In this document: positions 26,961-41,436 of the stretch, piece by piece
Numbering within the stretch: the stretch's first letter is position 1
Layout of the letters: each line of letters starts with the position of its first letter
NCBI GenBank assembly: GCA_951406725.2
Contig: OX597838.1
Coordinates: forward strand, 17,112,001-17,176,000
DNA from: Octopus vulgaris
Lineage: Eukaryota
Direction: 5' to 3'
Length of the DNA stretch: 64,000 nt
Made by a program: the position numbers and the translations under genes
The notes under the pieces: model-generated
What the model was told of the DNA's origin: nothing
Database searches by the model: none
Seen by the model: only the letters and a program-made list of their open reading frames with translations

Positions 26961-27175
26961 TATCGATATCTGTGTCTGTATGTGCCTGCGTATATATATA
27001 TATGTTCGTAAGTATGTAAACGGTTAAGAATATAGTCACGTCTGCCTCTGGCGCCCTCACTTTTATTATAATAATAATAATAATAATAATAATCAATTTT
27101 TGTTGTTGTTTTTTGTTTTTATAAAGAGAGATCGATGCATTGTATAAACATAGATTGAATGAAATGGTGAGAACC

Positions 27176-27304
<129 letters not shown>

Positions 27305-27494
27305 TTTCCTCCCCCCTTTTTTTTTTTAAACCCCCCTTTTTTTGTCCGCTTTCTCTCCTTTTACGATCCCTTTTGATCGAAACTCCCCCTTCCTTTTTTT
27401 TTTTTTTTTTTTCTTTCTTAAACCTTCAAAAGAAAAGCTCTACCTTGTAATTTGTTCTATCTGTGTGCAGCCCTGTGTGGCTAATAAAGAAACA

Positions 27495-28366
<872 letters not shown>

Positions 28367-28694
28367 GTAAACTGTGATATCGCAAGCATACTATAATGAA
28401 CAAAGAACAAACACAAGCTAAATTCTATCAAACACCGAGAAAACAAACAAAAAAAAAAGCGAAGAAAAACAAAAAAGAAACAAATATACACATGTAGGGA
28501 CACTTGTCGTGGGAGAAGTTTAATGAAGTCAGAGAGGTGTGACTATCACAAAATTTACTTTTATTGTGTGTGTGTGTGTGTGTGCGTGTGTGTGTGTGCG
28601 TGTGTTAAATATAAAACACACACACAATCACAAAAAGATGCAGTATATTATTTTAGAACATTGCATTTCAGTCGATCTCTTATTCCTCATATTA

Positions 28695-28736
<42 letters not shown>

Positions 28737-29168
28737 CTCTCTCTCTCTCCTCTCTGCCCCTCTCTCTCTCCTCTCTGCCTCTCTCTCTCTCCTCTCTCCC
28801 TCTCTCTCTCCTCTCTGCCTCTCTCTCTCTCCTCTCTCCCCCTCTCTCTCTCCTCTCTGCCTCTCTCCCTCTCTCTCCTCTCTCTCGCTCTCTCTCCTCT
28901 CTGCTTCTCTCTCTCCTCTCTGCCTCTCTCTCTGCCTCTCTCCCCTCTCTCTCTCCTCTCTGCCTCTCTCTCCTCTCTCTCCTCTCTCTCCTCTCTCTCG
29001 CTCTCTCGCTCTCTCTCCTCTCTCTTCTCTCTCTCTCTCTGCTTCTCTCTCTCCTCTCTGCCTCTCTCCCCTCTCTCTCTCCTCTCTGCCTCTCTCTCTC
29101 CTCTCTGCCTCTTTCTCCTCTCTTCCTCTCTCTCCTCTCTCCATCTCTCTCCTCCCCCCCTCTCTCTC
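28695..29168. repeat. Polypyrimidine (CT)-derived compound repeat
   Basis: Recurring CTCTCTCCTCTCTGCCT units. Confidence 0.9.
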
Positions 29169-29525
29169 GGGTTTTTGTGTATGCATGTGTGTATGTTAAA
29201 ACACCAAGAGGATGGAATGTTTTGGTTTTTCTCCGATGAGAAAACCTTCGTCCAGCACCAAAAAGTAAACCAAAGCAATGACAGATCGTTATGCAGAGGC
29301 CCATGAGGTTCGAGCGGTCATGCATACTAACTTCCCAGCAACTGTGATTGTTCTAGGAGTCGTCAGCAATGAGGGAGATATCATGTGTCCTCGCTTTTTG
29401 CACAAGGCTTAAAAGCGAATGCCACTTTCTAAAATAAAGGTGCTGGAGAAAGTTGTTAAGCCCCGAGTAGACAGGCTACGCAACGGAAGACGATGTGTCA
29501 TCCAACAGAACTCTGAGCGCCATCA

Positions 29526-29601
29526 GCCGATTTTTAGAACGAGGTTAAGTGTTAGGGGCTTGCTCCACCTTTGCCACGGTTTGGCCTGGTATAGCAGTAC
29601 T
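29526..29601 (+). pseudogene. U2 snRNA internal/3' fragment (Sm site to stem-loop IV)
   Basis: GATTTTT..GTGTTAGGGGCTTGCTCCACCTTTGCCACGGTTTGGCCTGGTATAGCAGTAC matches the metazoan U2 3' half as recalled (Sm site, SL-III GGGGCTTGCTCC, SL-IV GTATTGCAGTAC). Confidence 0.8.
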
Positions 29602-29606
29602 TAATA

Positions 29607-30483
29607 AAGGTGGCGAGCTGGCAGAAACGTTAGCACGCCAGGTGAAATGCTTAGCGGTATTTCATCTGCCGTTACGTTCTGAGTTCAAATTCCGCCGAGG
29701 TCGACTTTGCCTTTCATCCTTTTGGGGGTCGATAAATTAAGTACCAGTTACGCACTGGGGTCGATATAATCGACTTAATCCGTTTGTCTGTCCTTGTTTG
29801 TCCCCTCTATGTTTAGACCCTTGTGGGCAATAAAGAAATAAGAAACGTTAGCACGCCGGGTGAAATGCTTAGCGGTATTTCATCTGCCGTTACGTTCTGA
29901 GTTCAAGTTCCGCCGAGGTCGACTTTGCCTTTCATCCTTTTGGGGGTCGATAAATTAAGTACCAGTTACGCACTGGGGTCGATATAATCGACTTAATCCG
30001 TTTGTCTGTCCTTGTTTGTCCCCTCTATGTTTAGACCCTTGTGGGCAATAAAGAAATAAGAAACGTTAGCACGCCGGGTGAAATGCTTAGCGGTATTTCA
30101 TCTGCCGTTACGTTCTGAGTTCAAGTTCCGCCGAGGTCGACTTTGCCTTTCATCCTTTTGGGGGTCGATAAATTAAGTACCAGTTACGCACTGGGGTCGA
30201 TATAATCGACTTAATCCGTTTGTCTGTCCTTGTTTGTCCCCTCTATGTTTAGACCCTTGTGGGCAATAAAGAAATAAGAAACGTTAGCACGCCGGGTGAA
30301 ATGCTTAGCGGTATTTCATCTGCCGTTACGTTCTGAGTTCAAGTTCCGCCGAGGTCGACTTTGCCTTTCATCCTTTTGGGGGTCGATAAATTAAGTACCA
30401 GTTACGCATTGGTGTCGGTATAATCGACTTAATTCCTTTGTCTGTCCTTGCTTGTCTCCTCTATATGGGCAATAACGAAATTA
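29607..30483 (+). mobile_element. SINE family C tetramer (~218-bp units)
   Basis: Four near-identical units joined at AAAGAAATA|AGAAACGTTAGC. Confidence 0.9.
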
Positions 30484-31229
30484 AAAGAAAAAACTCTGCG
30501 CCATCACATAAGGCTTGGAAAACCCAAACATGGGTGCGCGTGCTAAACTTCTTGATTATGTTCTCTCAGACGCATGACCTCCCCGCTCACCAGAACTCAG
30601 CCCACTGGACTATTTACGAAGAGAACGCAGTCGAGAGAGCGGTCAATCAACACCCCCATAACACCATACAATCTCTCAAGTCCGCCATTACAGCATTATG
30701 ACAAAAATTGATAAAGCTCATCTGATTCGGGCATGTCAACACTTCTGAACCCTTGTTGAAACAGCCATTGATGCTAACGATGGATTTATTGAATAGGAGT
30801 AATAAAAGGATTCTCAAGGTTATTTGTACCAATTTGTTTTCAAATACAGCTTTTCATTGATGCGCTATGCGTCTTTTTCTAAATTCATACACATGCCCTT
30901 AAAAAACTGGTGCATGCTGTACTCATGTGTGCATGTACTAGTTGCTCAGCGGATGTCAACATAAAGCTAAAGATTAGCAACAAAGAAAACGTTTACGCTG
31001 AAATATTAAGAAATTTACTGCTTTTGCACTCTGGTTTGGGGTACTAAGACATGTAATATATTGCCTCGGCACCAGTATTGAAAACTTAGGTTGTGCAAAA
31101 CCAGAAATGGAAAGACTGCAGATAAAGCTATCGACAAAACTGTTAAAAAATTTAAAACTTTCTAAAAGTTAAACATCTATTATATAAATATGCAGATATT
31201 TAGCCATGTATGAATATACATACATAAAT

Positions 31230-31907
31230 CATAAAGAAAGGCTGAAGACGCTCGACCTTTATTCTCTAGAAAAACTACGACGCCGTGGTGATCTCATTCT
31301 TGCTCACAACATCATAAGCGGAAAGTGTAACCTCTCGAAAGAGCTGTTCTTCACTCCTGCTCCAGAGCGTCGGCTGCGGGGTCACTCCGAAAATCTCCAT
31401 CTGCGACGATTTCATCTCAATCTTTATCGGTGTTTAAAATATTAAAAGAAATGCAAACAAGAAAGATAACTCCCATGAAACAAATTGATCGATTTGTGTG
31501 GACCATAAGAAAGGCTGAAGACACTCGACCTTTATTCTCTAGAGAAACGACGACGCCGTGGTGATCTCATTCTTGCTCACAACATCATAAGCGGAAAGTG
31601 TAACCTCTCGAAAGAGCTGTTCTTCACTCCTGCTCCAGAGCGTCGGCTGCGGGGTCACTCCGAAAATCTCCATCTGCGACGATTTCATCTCAATCGAAGG
31701 AGAGGGGCTTTCTCCGTTCGGGTTGCGGATCCGTGGAATAAGCTGCCGGACGAGATAGTGAAGATGCCGACGACCGCTCGGTTCAAAGTCTCTCTTGACC
31801 AGAAATGGCCTGAACTCTTTGCATAAACACCCTCCCTGTACATAACTCCATGTCCCCCTACATGGCCTTGCTTTTTGTTTTTCGAGCCAAAATTAACTTA
31901 ACTTAAC
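31230..31907 (+). mobile_element. CR1-like LINE 3' end with a duplicated ~190-bp segment
   Basis: ERLKTLDLYSLEKRRRRGDLI..LRGHS..FSVRVADPWNKLP..FKVSLD; (TTAAC)n tail; 31230-31422 repeated at 31504-31694. Confidence 0.85.
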
Positions 31908-32589
31908 AAATCTGCACTGAATACTTGCTAACATACACACATACATACACAACAACCCGGTTGATTTTGAATTTCATTGAAGGATTCATGAATGTAGGCT
32001 AGAAACCGGTTCTTTCTCCAGTGGCAAGAATCTGTCCTGTTATACTTAGTGTTCATTCATTGAATTACTGTATCTCTGTGTCTCTGTATCCCTGCCCCGC
32101 CTCTCTCTTTGCGTGGCCCCTTGGATAAATGTGTTTTGCTATAGCCTCAGGTTGACCAAAGCCTTTTGAGTGGATTTGATAGACGGAAACTGGAAGAAGC
32201 CTACCGTGTATATGCGTGCACGCGTGTGTTTGTGCCTGTGTTTGTTCACCACCAGCGATTGATAACCGGTGTTGGTGTCTTTCCGTCCTCGTAACTAAGT
32301 CCGATAAAGTAAGCACCAGACTTAAAAGACAAACAAAAAAAAGTACCGGGGTCGATTCGCTGGACTAAAAATTCTCCAAGGTGGTGCACCAAGATGGTCG
32401 CTGTCTAATGACTGAAGCATGTAAAACATAAAGATATATGCTTGTTGGATGATATTGTTAAAAGCAGCTTATTAGCTATTTCTAAACAATTACATAGATG
32501 TAAGCAGAGTTGACCTGCCATAGTTTTGTACTCGGATACAGTAAACAGCGACTGCTTAACGTGTCTGATTGAGCTGGATGGAGAACAAT

Positions 32590-32604
32590 AGAGATAGAGA
32601 TAGT

Positions 32605-32689
<85 letters not shown>

Positions 32690-32735
32690 ATAGAGAGGAT
32701 GATAGAGAGAGAGAATGATAGAGAGAGAGAGAGAA

Positions 32736-32793
<58 letters not shown>

Positions 32794-32815
32794 ATAGAGA
32801 GAGAGAGAGGATGAT

Positions 32816-32903
<88 letters not shown>

Positions 32904-32905
32904 GA
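32590..32905. repeat. (GA)n microsatellite with GAT interruptions
   Basis: Directly visible. Confidence 0.95.
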
Positions 32906-33283
32906 AAGCGGGTGAGAGAGGACAGAGGAGAAGTGAGATATGTTATTCGGCGAATTATTGATTTCGCAGTTCTGAAATCGTTTTTTTTTTATATATATAT
33001 ACCTCAGATGAATACAACTCTGTGTAGACTTGTTCATTGGAACAGAAATGGCCTGCTTTCTACACGTCGTCTTACACATTTTGGGCTAGCATGACCTGCT
33101 CTGCCGCACCGTTTTGGAATTGGATTTCAACAAACCTTACAGCACTACCCAAAGATATTCCACTTCAATGACACCGATCTTGTTGTGGCAATGATGGGGA
33201 AGGGGGAAGGCAGTGGGGGTGGCGGTGGTGGCGGTGGTGGTGATAGTGATGATGATGATAGTGGTATTAGTAGTAGTAAAAGT

Positions 33284-33512
33284 TAAGGCGGCGAGCTGGC
33301 AGAAACGTTAGCACTCCGGGTGAAATGCTTAGCGGTAGGTATTTCGTCTGCCGTTACGTTCTGAGTTCAAATTCCGCCGAGGTCGACTTTGCCTTTCATC
33401 CTTTCGGCGTCGATTAAATAAATACCAGTTACGCACTGGGGTCAATTTAATCAACTTAATCCCTTTGTCTGTCCTTGTTTGTCCTCTCTTGTGGGTAGTA
33501 AAGAAATAGGTA
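33284..33512 (+). mobile_element. SINE family C monomer
   Basis: Family C sequence. Confidence 0.85.
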
Positions 33513-33909
33513 TTATTAGTAGTAGTAGTCGTCGTAGTCATCGTAGGCGTAGGAGTGGCTGTGTGGTAAGTATCTTGCTTACAAACCACACGGTTCCGGG
33601 TTCAGTCCCTCTGCGTGGCACCTTACTCTAAAAATATGTGCTGCAGGCTTGGCAGTTATTCACTCTTTAACTGCTTTAGTTTTTCCAAAGTATTAATTAA
33701 CCCCTTCACGTCTTATAAGCTTACTAATACTTACAGATGACAGTAACCCCATACAATGCTTTCAGCTCCTCCATGCTTCGTAGTTTTTGAAATACTCACA
33801 CAGGGGAATCTCTCAATAGCTCTGATGTCAATACAAATATCAAGGATATCAATACAAATTCTGATTCATCATCCCAATGCAAGTCCTGATTCATCCCAGA
33901 AAACGCGAA

Positions 33910-35083
33910 CCCAGTTTGAATCACAATTATCCAGCCTATAAAGAAGTACAAACTGTTTTGCATGTTCTACTCGACTAATCTGTAGAGCTCAATAACTCAA
34001 TGTTCCGGGCTTAACAAACCCTTTTTTCCCTGCAGCAACACCAGTTTTCTGCAAGTGTAAATAAAACCTTTTCACTTTACAGCAGACAGAAAAAATAGGA
34101 ATTTTTTTCTCCTTTAATGGTTTGTAGAAATCAAAATAATAATTGATATGGCGACTTTCTTGGGTATCAATATCAATATAAAATATTGATCCCTCGTCCC
34201 TGAGGACTCCTTGAAACCAGTTTGAATCACAATTATTAGGCCTATAAAGAAGTACAAACTGTTTTACATGTTCTACTCGACTAATCTGTTGAGCTCAATA
34301 ACTCAATGTTCCGGGCTTAACAAACCCTTTTTTTTTTCCTGCAGCAGCACCTGTTTTCTGCAAGTGTAAAACCTTTTCACTTTACAGCAGACAGAAAAAA
34401 ATAGGAATTTTTTTCACCTTTAATGGTTTGTAGAAATCAAAATAATAATTGATATGCCGACGTTCTGGGGTATCAATATCAATATAAAATCTTGATCCCT
34501 CGTCTCTTAAGACTCCTTGAAACCAGTTTGAATCACAAGTACCAGGCTTATAAACGGAAGTACAAAATATTCTCAATGCTTTACTCAATTAATGTGGTGA
34601 GTTGGTAGAATCATTAGCGCGGCGGACAAAATGTTTGGCAGTATTTCTTCCGACTCATTACTTTCTGAGTTCAAATACTGCCTAGGTCAACCTTGCCTTT
34701 CATCATTTGAGCATTTCCTAAAAATTTCAGGTCTTGTGCCTATTGTAGAAAGAAAATGTTTTATTTGATTAACAGTGGCGTCCTAGTACATCTTTCAGGG
34801 GTCAAACCGGCCACTCAATGCTTTACTGTAATGAGTCTGCTAGAAACAGTCTTGTTTCTACCAGTTCCAAAGTCCGTTGACAGTTGTCGCAGGCTTTTTT
34901 CCTTTTATGAAAAATCGCTGTTTTTTTAAAAAATCTTTATTTGTAGCGGTTCCAGGCTTAACAAACCCTTTTTTTCCTGCAGCAGCACCAGTTTTCTGCA
35001 AGTGTAAAACCTTTTCGCTTTACAACAGACAGAAAAAAATAGGAATTTTTTTTTCTCCTTTAATGGTTTGTAGAAATCAAAAT
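33910..35083. repeat. Local ~305-bp direct repeat (about 2.2 tandem copies plus a detached partial copy)
   Basis: CCAGTTTGAATCACAA at 33911, 34217 and 34523; partial copy at 34950-35083. Confidence 0.85.
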
Positions 35084-36596
35084 ATGCTGTACCTGCTTTC
35101 TAAAGAAATAGTAATTTGATCTTTATCTACATCAGCGCAGAATTCTTTATCCTTTAAGACATATCTAACACAAAAGGCAAAAAATCCCTCAAAAAACAAC
35201 GGCTTAATGTAGCTATCCACATTGTAATTAGAGCTAATTATGCATAGCTTTTGACATTTAAAATGACTTCTAAGTTCTTGACATTTCAGAATTGTTATTT
35301 TAAACTTTATATTCTAAAGCCAATACTATCATTTAGCTCTATAAGTACAGTTTTAATCCCTTCTTTCTTATATGAGATATTGGCCCTTAACGATAATAGA
35401 AGAAAAATCTGGGAAGTTTGGGATTTTCGTTTTTCTACATAAGTGATTTTCGACGAAAAATACTATTGAGAGCGCTTTGGAAGAAGTATTCCTGCTTTTG
35501 AAGCAAATAACCTATTTAAACTGCTATATATGCAACACTTTTTACGCACAGAATTCACGAAAACATACGTAACTCATTTTTTGTCGACGCCTGTACATAC
35601 ACACACACACACACACACATGCACGCACACACTTATGTACTTATACATACCTACACACAGACGTACACAGCACACATCTCATACACATGCATGCTTACTT
35701 ATATGTATAGTTAATTTCTCTCTCGTTTTATTTGTTTATGTATGTGTAAACATAAATGCGTGTATAAAAACAAGTGTGTACAAATATATAAACTTTGAAT
35801 GTAATTATTTTTTTTTTCTTCTTCTGCGAGTCCCTGCGTATCGATTATTTAAGATGTTTTGTTTCAATAATGGAAATGGAAAATCGATCAGAGATTTGCG
35901 AAGAATATGCAAACAGAATAGCAGAATGTACGAATTAATGTCAAAACAGGATCAGAATCGTGGAACATTATGTTATTTGGTGCATCTCTTCGGAGAATAA
36001 AACGCACTGATTTTTTGAGTCCAGCCCGCTCATTAAAGTTTCTTTTGTTTAGTTGTACCTTTGACATGCTCTTTATCTTCAATTACTCAAAATTTAATTA
36101 TTCTCAAAGGGGGGAATTGATGATCCCATCTCGGGAGAAAATTTTGAAATTAAATGTTCTTGCAATAATTTAAATCGCTCCAATAATATCTTTATCTTGT
36201 ATCTTTTGCTTGTTTCAGTCATTAGACTTCGGCCATGCTGGGGTACCGCCTTTAATAACTTTTATTTTTTTTTAAAGCCTGGTACTTATTTTATCAGTCT
36301 CTTTTTGTCACATCGCTATGTTATTGCTTCAAACGAAGGGACGAAAGGCGAAATAAACCCCGACGGATTTGAACTCAGAACGTAAAAGGACGTATGTAAA
36401 TACCTGTAACTTTTTGTCTACTATTCATCCTTCCATCTTCGTCCGTCTTTACGATCCGAGTTCAAATTCCGCCGAGGTCAGCTTTGCCTTTCGTTCCCTC
36501 GGAGTCGATAAAATAAGTCCCAGTTGAACGCTGGGATCGATGCAATCGATTTGCCGCCTCCCTAAAATTTCAGGCCTTGTGCCTATGGCAGATAAC

Positions 36597-36940
36597 TCTC
36601 TTTTACTCTTTTACTTGTTTCAGTCATTTGACTGCGGCCATGCTGGAGCACCGCCTTTAATCGAGCAACTCGACCCCCAGGACTTATTCTTTGAAAGCCC
36701 AGTACTTACTCTATCGGTCTCTTTTGCCGAACCACTAAGTAACGGGGACATAAACACACTAGCATCGGTTGTCAAGCAATGCTAAGGGGACAAACACAAA
36801 CATACACGCACACACATATATATATATACATATATACGACGGGCTTCTTTCAGTTTCCGTCTACCAAATCCACTTACAAGTCTTTGGTCGGCCCGAGGCT
36901 ATAGTAGAAGACACTTGCCCAAGGTGCCACGCAGTGGGAC
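36597..36940 (-). mobile_element. SINE family B (5'-truncated)
   Basis: Family B sequence. Confidence 0.85.
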
Positions 36941-36959
36941 TTATATAACTGTTTAATAT

Positions 36960-37375
36960 TTGGTAGACTGATACAAATTTCTACTGCATCACTGGCTACA
37001 CCACCCTGTTACTGGGGTGTGTGCAGCATTGTATGTTCTTTTCAGCTGTTGGGAGTGTGCGAATTCTTCTCGGTACTGCATTGTGTTGGTTTTTCTCTTG
37101 AGGTGTGGTGCTGTCTTTTGTTGTGTTACTGCTTGTATAATGTGTTGAATGTGTAATGCTTTGGTTTTCCAGCTTGCTGGTGGGAGTTTATTTCACTGGC
37201 TAAATGTTGTATAGAGTGCGTTGTGTATTGATGGGATGTTTTGTTTAGGTTATATTACTGGATTGATAGTGTCTTGCGCAGGATGTAGGTATTTCCTAGC
37301 AGGGCTACTTTTTGAACAGTGTGTAGTGTTGAGGATCCAGGCATAACTTCTACATTTTTGTTCATGATTTTTTAT
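36960..37375 (-). pseudogene. R4/Dong-like restriction-like-endonuclease LINE 3' fragment with 3' UTR
   Basis: MPGSSTLHTVQKVALLGNTYILRKTLSIQ* resembles the terminal QKxALLGTxxILRxxL motif. Confidence 0.6.
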
Positions 37376-37503
37376 CAGTCCACTCAGCTGGCAAAAATGA
37401 GTAACGCTGCGATGGACTGGCCTCCCGTCCAGCTGGGGAACACATACGCCATAGAAACCTGAAAACCGGCCCATCAGCCTAGCTAGGCTTTAAAAGGGCG
37501 CAT
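37376..37503 (+). mobile_element. CORE-type SINE 3' part with tail 2
   Basis: CAGTCCACTCAGCTGGCAAAAATGAG followed by the same tail as 20610-20740. Confidence 0.75.
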
Positions 37504-37527
37504 TTATTTTTTATTTATTATATATAA

Positions 37528-37726
37528 GAGCGCATGACCTAATGGTTAGGGTGTTGCATTCACGATAACGGGATCGTAGTTTCAATTCCTAGACCGGGTA
37601 GTAAATTGTGCTCTTGAGCAAAACATTTCATCTCACGTTGTTCTGCGATCACTTCGACACCTGACGCTTGGTATACCGTTCACCTGTTCAGGCAACGTTG
37701 ATTTTGACGGAGGGAGTGAGCTAATG
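37528..37726 (+). mobile_element. Diverged CORE-type SINE
   Basis: tRNA head and GTGCTCTTGAGCAAAACA. Confidence 0.6.
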
Positions 37727-38255
37727 TGTGGGAGAGTCCACCAGGTGTATATTTACATTTTCTTTATATCTGCCACCTTTCAACCTCTACGTTGCTTCTA
37801 TCTCTTCCTTGGCCTTTTTCTCTTCCTCCACTCCCCATTTCTCTCCCTCCCCTCCCTTTTTAATACCACGTGACCACCCCATTTTTGCTTTCAGCCTTTT
37901 ATGTCGTATGTGACCGCTGACCTGTTCGCTCATGCTTCGCTTGGGCCCTCACCTTTGCATTCACCTTTAAGCTCGTCTTATTTTTCCATCTTTCACTGTA
38001 TCTTTCCTTGTATTTATTTCATCCTCTCACCTTTCACCTTTCTTTCTATCTTTCTATCCCTCTACTTTCATTTTCAAGTCATACGGGACGTCATTTTCCA
38101 TTACTGTTCATTCTGCAAAATGTTTTGTCTTAATGCTGTCTTATAGCCGTAAGGTTTTTATTTCTATGTATATATTAATGTATGTACCGACTACCTGTGT
38201 CGTTTGTTTGTTTTCGTCACCGTCCTTCACGTTTGCTCATTTGTTCCCAACAGCT

Positions 38256-38316
38256 TTTTACTGCCGACGGCGCCAAAATGAACAATTCTTATCGTCAAAG
38301 GCGCGAAATTGTTATG
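38256..38316 (+). ncRNA. Degenerate hammerhead-like motif (A6C)
   Basis: CTGCCGA-CG-GCGCC...GGCGC-GAAA after a pyrimidine-rich tract and ~95 bp before (CA)n; stems I and III poor. Confidence 0.35.
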
Positions 38317-38440
38317 ATTTTTGGATGACAACTGACATACACGTCCGCATCTTTTGTGTGAATTTTCCGCGCATTCCGTTATCGTCTTCCTGTACATTTT
38401 TCAAAAATTACACGCAACACACACACACACACATACGCGC

Positions 38441-38503
<63 letters not shown>

Positions 38504-38942
38504 GACGTTAGTATTTTCAACTGATACATTATAACTATCTGATTTGTTCTATTGCTTCAATTCTGTGTATGTACATATATTTATTTATTTATTGCTGACA
38601 TTCACCAATGGTTTATCCCTTTGTTTTGATGCACTATTTTCTATCATTTATAGAACTGCCGGCAGTTTTGACGACACGGGTATGCTAGTATATATAAGTG
38701 GCAAATCCCACTTGTGGATATTTAATATTCTAAAATATTTTCTCCTCACCTCGTCGCTTCAATATACACCACTGACACTCACTACTACAGAAGCACTCTC
38801 TACTCTACTACAACACTAACTACAACAAACACCCCACTACATCATTCACCACTCCAACACTGCTCAGCACATACTCTATAACGACACTACTCAGACATAC
38901 ACCGTTACGACAATCACTATTGTTACACTAACCACAACTGTG

Positions 38943-39327
38943 TGGAAGCACTCCGTCGGTTACGACGATGAGGGTTCCGGTTGATCCGAATCAACGGAAC
39001 AGCCTGCTCGTGAAATTAACGTGTAAGTGGCTGAGCACTCCACAGACACGTGTACCCTTAACGTAGTTCTCAGGGATATTCAGCGTGACACAGAGAGTGA
39101 CAAGGCCGGCCCTTTGAAATACAGGTACAACAGAAACAGGAAGTAAGAGTGAGAGAAAGTTGTGGTGAAAGAGTACAGCAGGGATCACCACCATCCCCTG
39201 CCGGAGCCTCGTGGAGCTTTTGGTGTTTTCGCTCAATAAACACTCACAACGCCCGGTCTGGGAATCGAAACCGCGATCCTACGACCGCGAGTCCGCTGCC
39301 CTAACCACTGGGCCATTGCGTCTCCAC
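38943..39327 (-). mobile_element. SINE family A (tail 1), full length with TSD
   Basis: CACTAACCACAACT on both flanks. Confidence 0.9.
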
Positions 39328-39607
39328 TAACCACAACTATTACACCCACCACTACGACACTCACCACTACTACACTCATCACTCTCTGAATGAACATTAA
39401 AACCATAAAACGTGTTACGCGTATTGATATTTCACCCCCCCCTACACTGAGTGTTAACAGGATATGAAACATTTATTGTCTTTCGATAACACGTTTATTG
39501 TTCATTTCTTCATTATGTAATGGAGACGTGCGAGAAACTTGCAACGAATTATCACCCGTATTATAACAACTAGAAGCCTTTGCTTGCTAATCTAGTTAAA
39601 TTTCATC

Positions 39608-39654
39608 ATATATATATATCTGTGTGTGTGTGTGTGTGTGCGTGTGTGTGTACA

Positions 39655-39704
<50 letters not shown>

Positions 39705-39779
39705 TAGTATATACACAGATATATATGTATATATGTGTATATATATTTATATGTATATATATATATGTATATATATTTA

Positions 39780-39824
<45 letters not shown>

Positions 39825-39965
39825 GTGTATACATAGATATATATTTGTGTGCGTACATACATATGTATATATATATGTATATGTAAATGTATATATATAT
39901 ATATATCTATATATATATATATTTATATGTATATATATATATTTATATGTATGTATATTTATATG

Positions 39966-40052
<87 letters not shown>

Positions 40053-40075
40053 ATACATAGATATATATGTGTGTG
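39608..40075. repeat. (TA)n/(TG)n compound microsatellite
   Basis: Directly visible. Confidence 0.9.
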
Positions 40076-40834
40076 TACGCACTCACACAGACACACGTAT
40101 GTATGTACACATATTTTCACGTGTACTTGTGAAAAGTAGCAACGAATTTGTCCTGGAGGGGCGACAGAATCGAACCGCCGAGTGTAATACTGGAAAAGAA
40201 TGGGATTACAAACCAAAAAAGCAAACTATAATTGACTGCTGTTGAACAGTGTGTGATCTAATAAAGATATTTTTCAATAGGATTTCATTACAATGTTTAT
40301 AGGCAAGAGAAGAAGAAAGAGAAATGATAATCCCGCTAGTTTATATTATACTTCCAAATTCAATAAGTGTTTAAAACGAAACTTACGATGATGACTTGAA
40401 GGAAGAAGCAGCGCTGATGATATTCAGCAAAATATACTTTATGGTTCACATCACCATAGTTACTTGGTTGAGATTTTCACAAAATTCGTTAGTTTTATGA
40501 TAGATAATTTTCTGAAAAAATCTAAAAGCTAATAAAACAAAACTACCAAAAACAATTTTAAAAAGCACTTTATCAGTCAGTAGGACATCTAATTGGACAA
40601 TAAGTATTCTCTAAAGAGGTTTCAAGTACAAAATAAAACTACATAAATAGCATAAAATGCACTGAAAACAAAAACGAAACCAAAAAAAAAATCAACAAAA
40701 AAAGCAACCCCCACAAAAACCAAACAAAACAAAACAAAACAAAGGTCGATATATTAAGCCGCGTGGCAAAGAAAAAAAATTTCGGTCGTAGAATGATTCT
40801 TAAAATAGTTCGGATATAGGACCTTTTTCAAGAT

Positions 40835-41436
40835 ACCTATTTCTTTACTACCCACAAGGGGCTAAATACAGAGAGGACAAACAAGGACAGACAAACAGAT
40901 TAAGTCGATTATATCGACCCCCAGTGCGTAACTGAATTTAATCGACCCCGAAAGGATGAAAGGCAAAGTCGACCTCGGCGGAATTTGAACTCAGAACGTA
41001 AAGACTGACGAAATACCTATTTCTTTACTACCCACAAGGGGCTAAACACAGAGAGGACAAACAAGGACAGACAAACAGATTAAGTCGATTATATCGACCC
41101 CCAGTGCGTAACTGGTACTTATTTAATCGACCCCGAAAGGATGAAAGGCAAAGTCGACCTCGGCGGAATTTGAACTCAGAACGTAAAGACTGACGAAATA
41201 CCTATTTCTTTACTACCCACAAGGGGCTAAACACAGAGAGGACAAACAAGGACAGACAAACAGATTAAGTCGATTATATCGACCCCCAGTGCGTAACTGG
41301 TACTTATTTAATCGACCCCGAAAGGATGAAAGGCAAAGTCGACCTCGGCGGAATTTGAACTCAGAACGTAACGGCAGACGAAATACCGGTAAGCATTTCG
41401 CTCGGCGTGCTAACGTTTCTGCCAGCTCGCCGCCTT
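40835..41436 (-). mobile_element. SINE family C trimer with TSD
   Basis: CTTTTTCAAGATACC at 40823-40837 and 41441-41455. Confidence 0.9.

Larger units (their letters stand above)
29205..30919 (+). mobile_element. Degenerate Tc1/mariner-superfamily transposon, interrupted by a retrocopy
   Basis: WFFSDEKTF..NQSNDR..VIVLGVVSNEGDIM..VLEKVVKP..VIQQNS | APSHKAWKTQTW..LSPLDY..IRAC..DGFIE; ends CTG followed by TA at 30917-30921. Confidence 0.75.
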
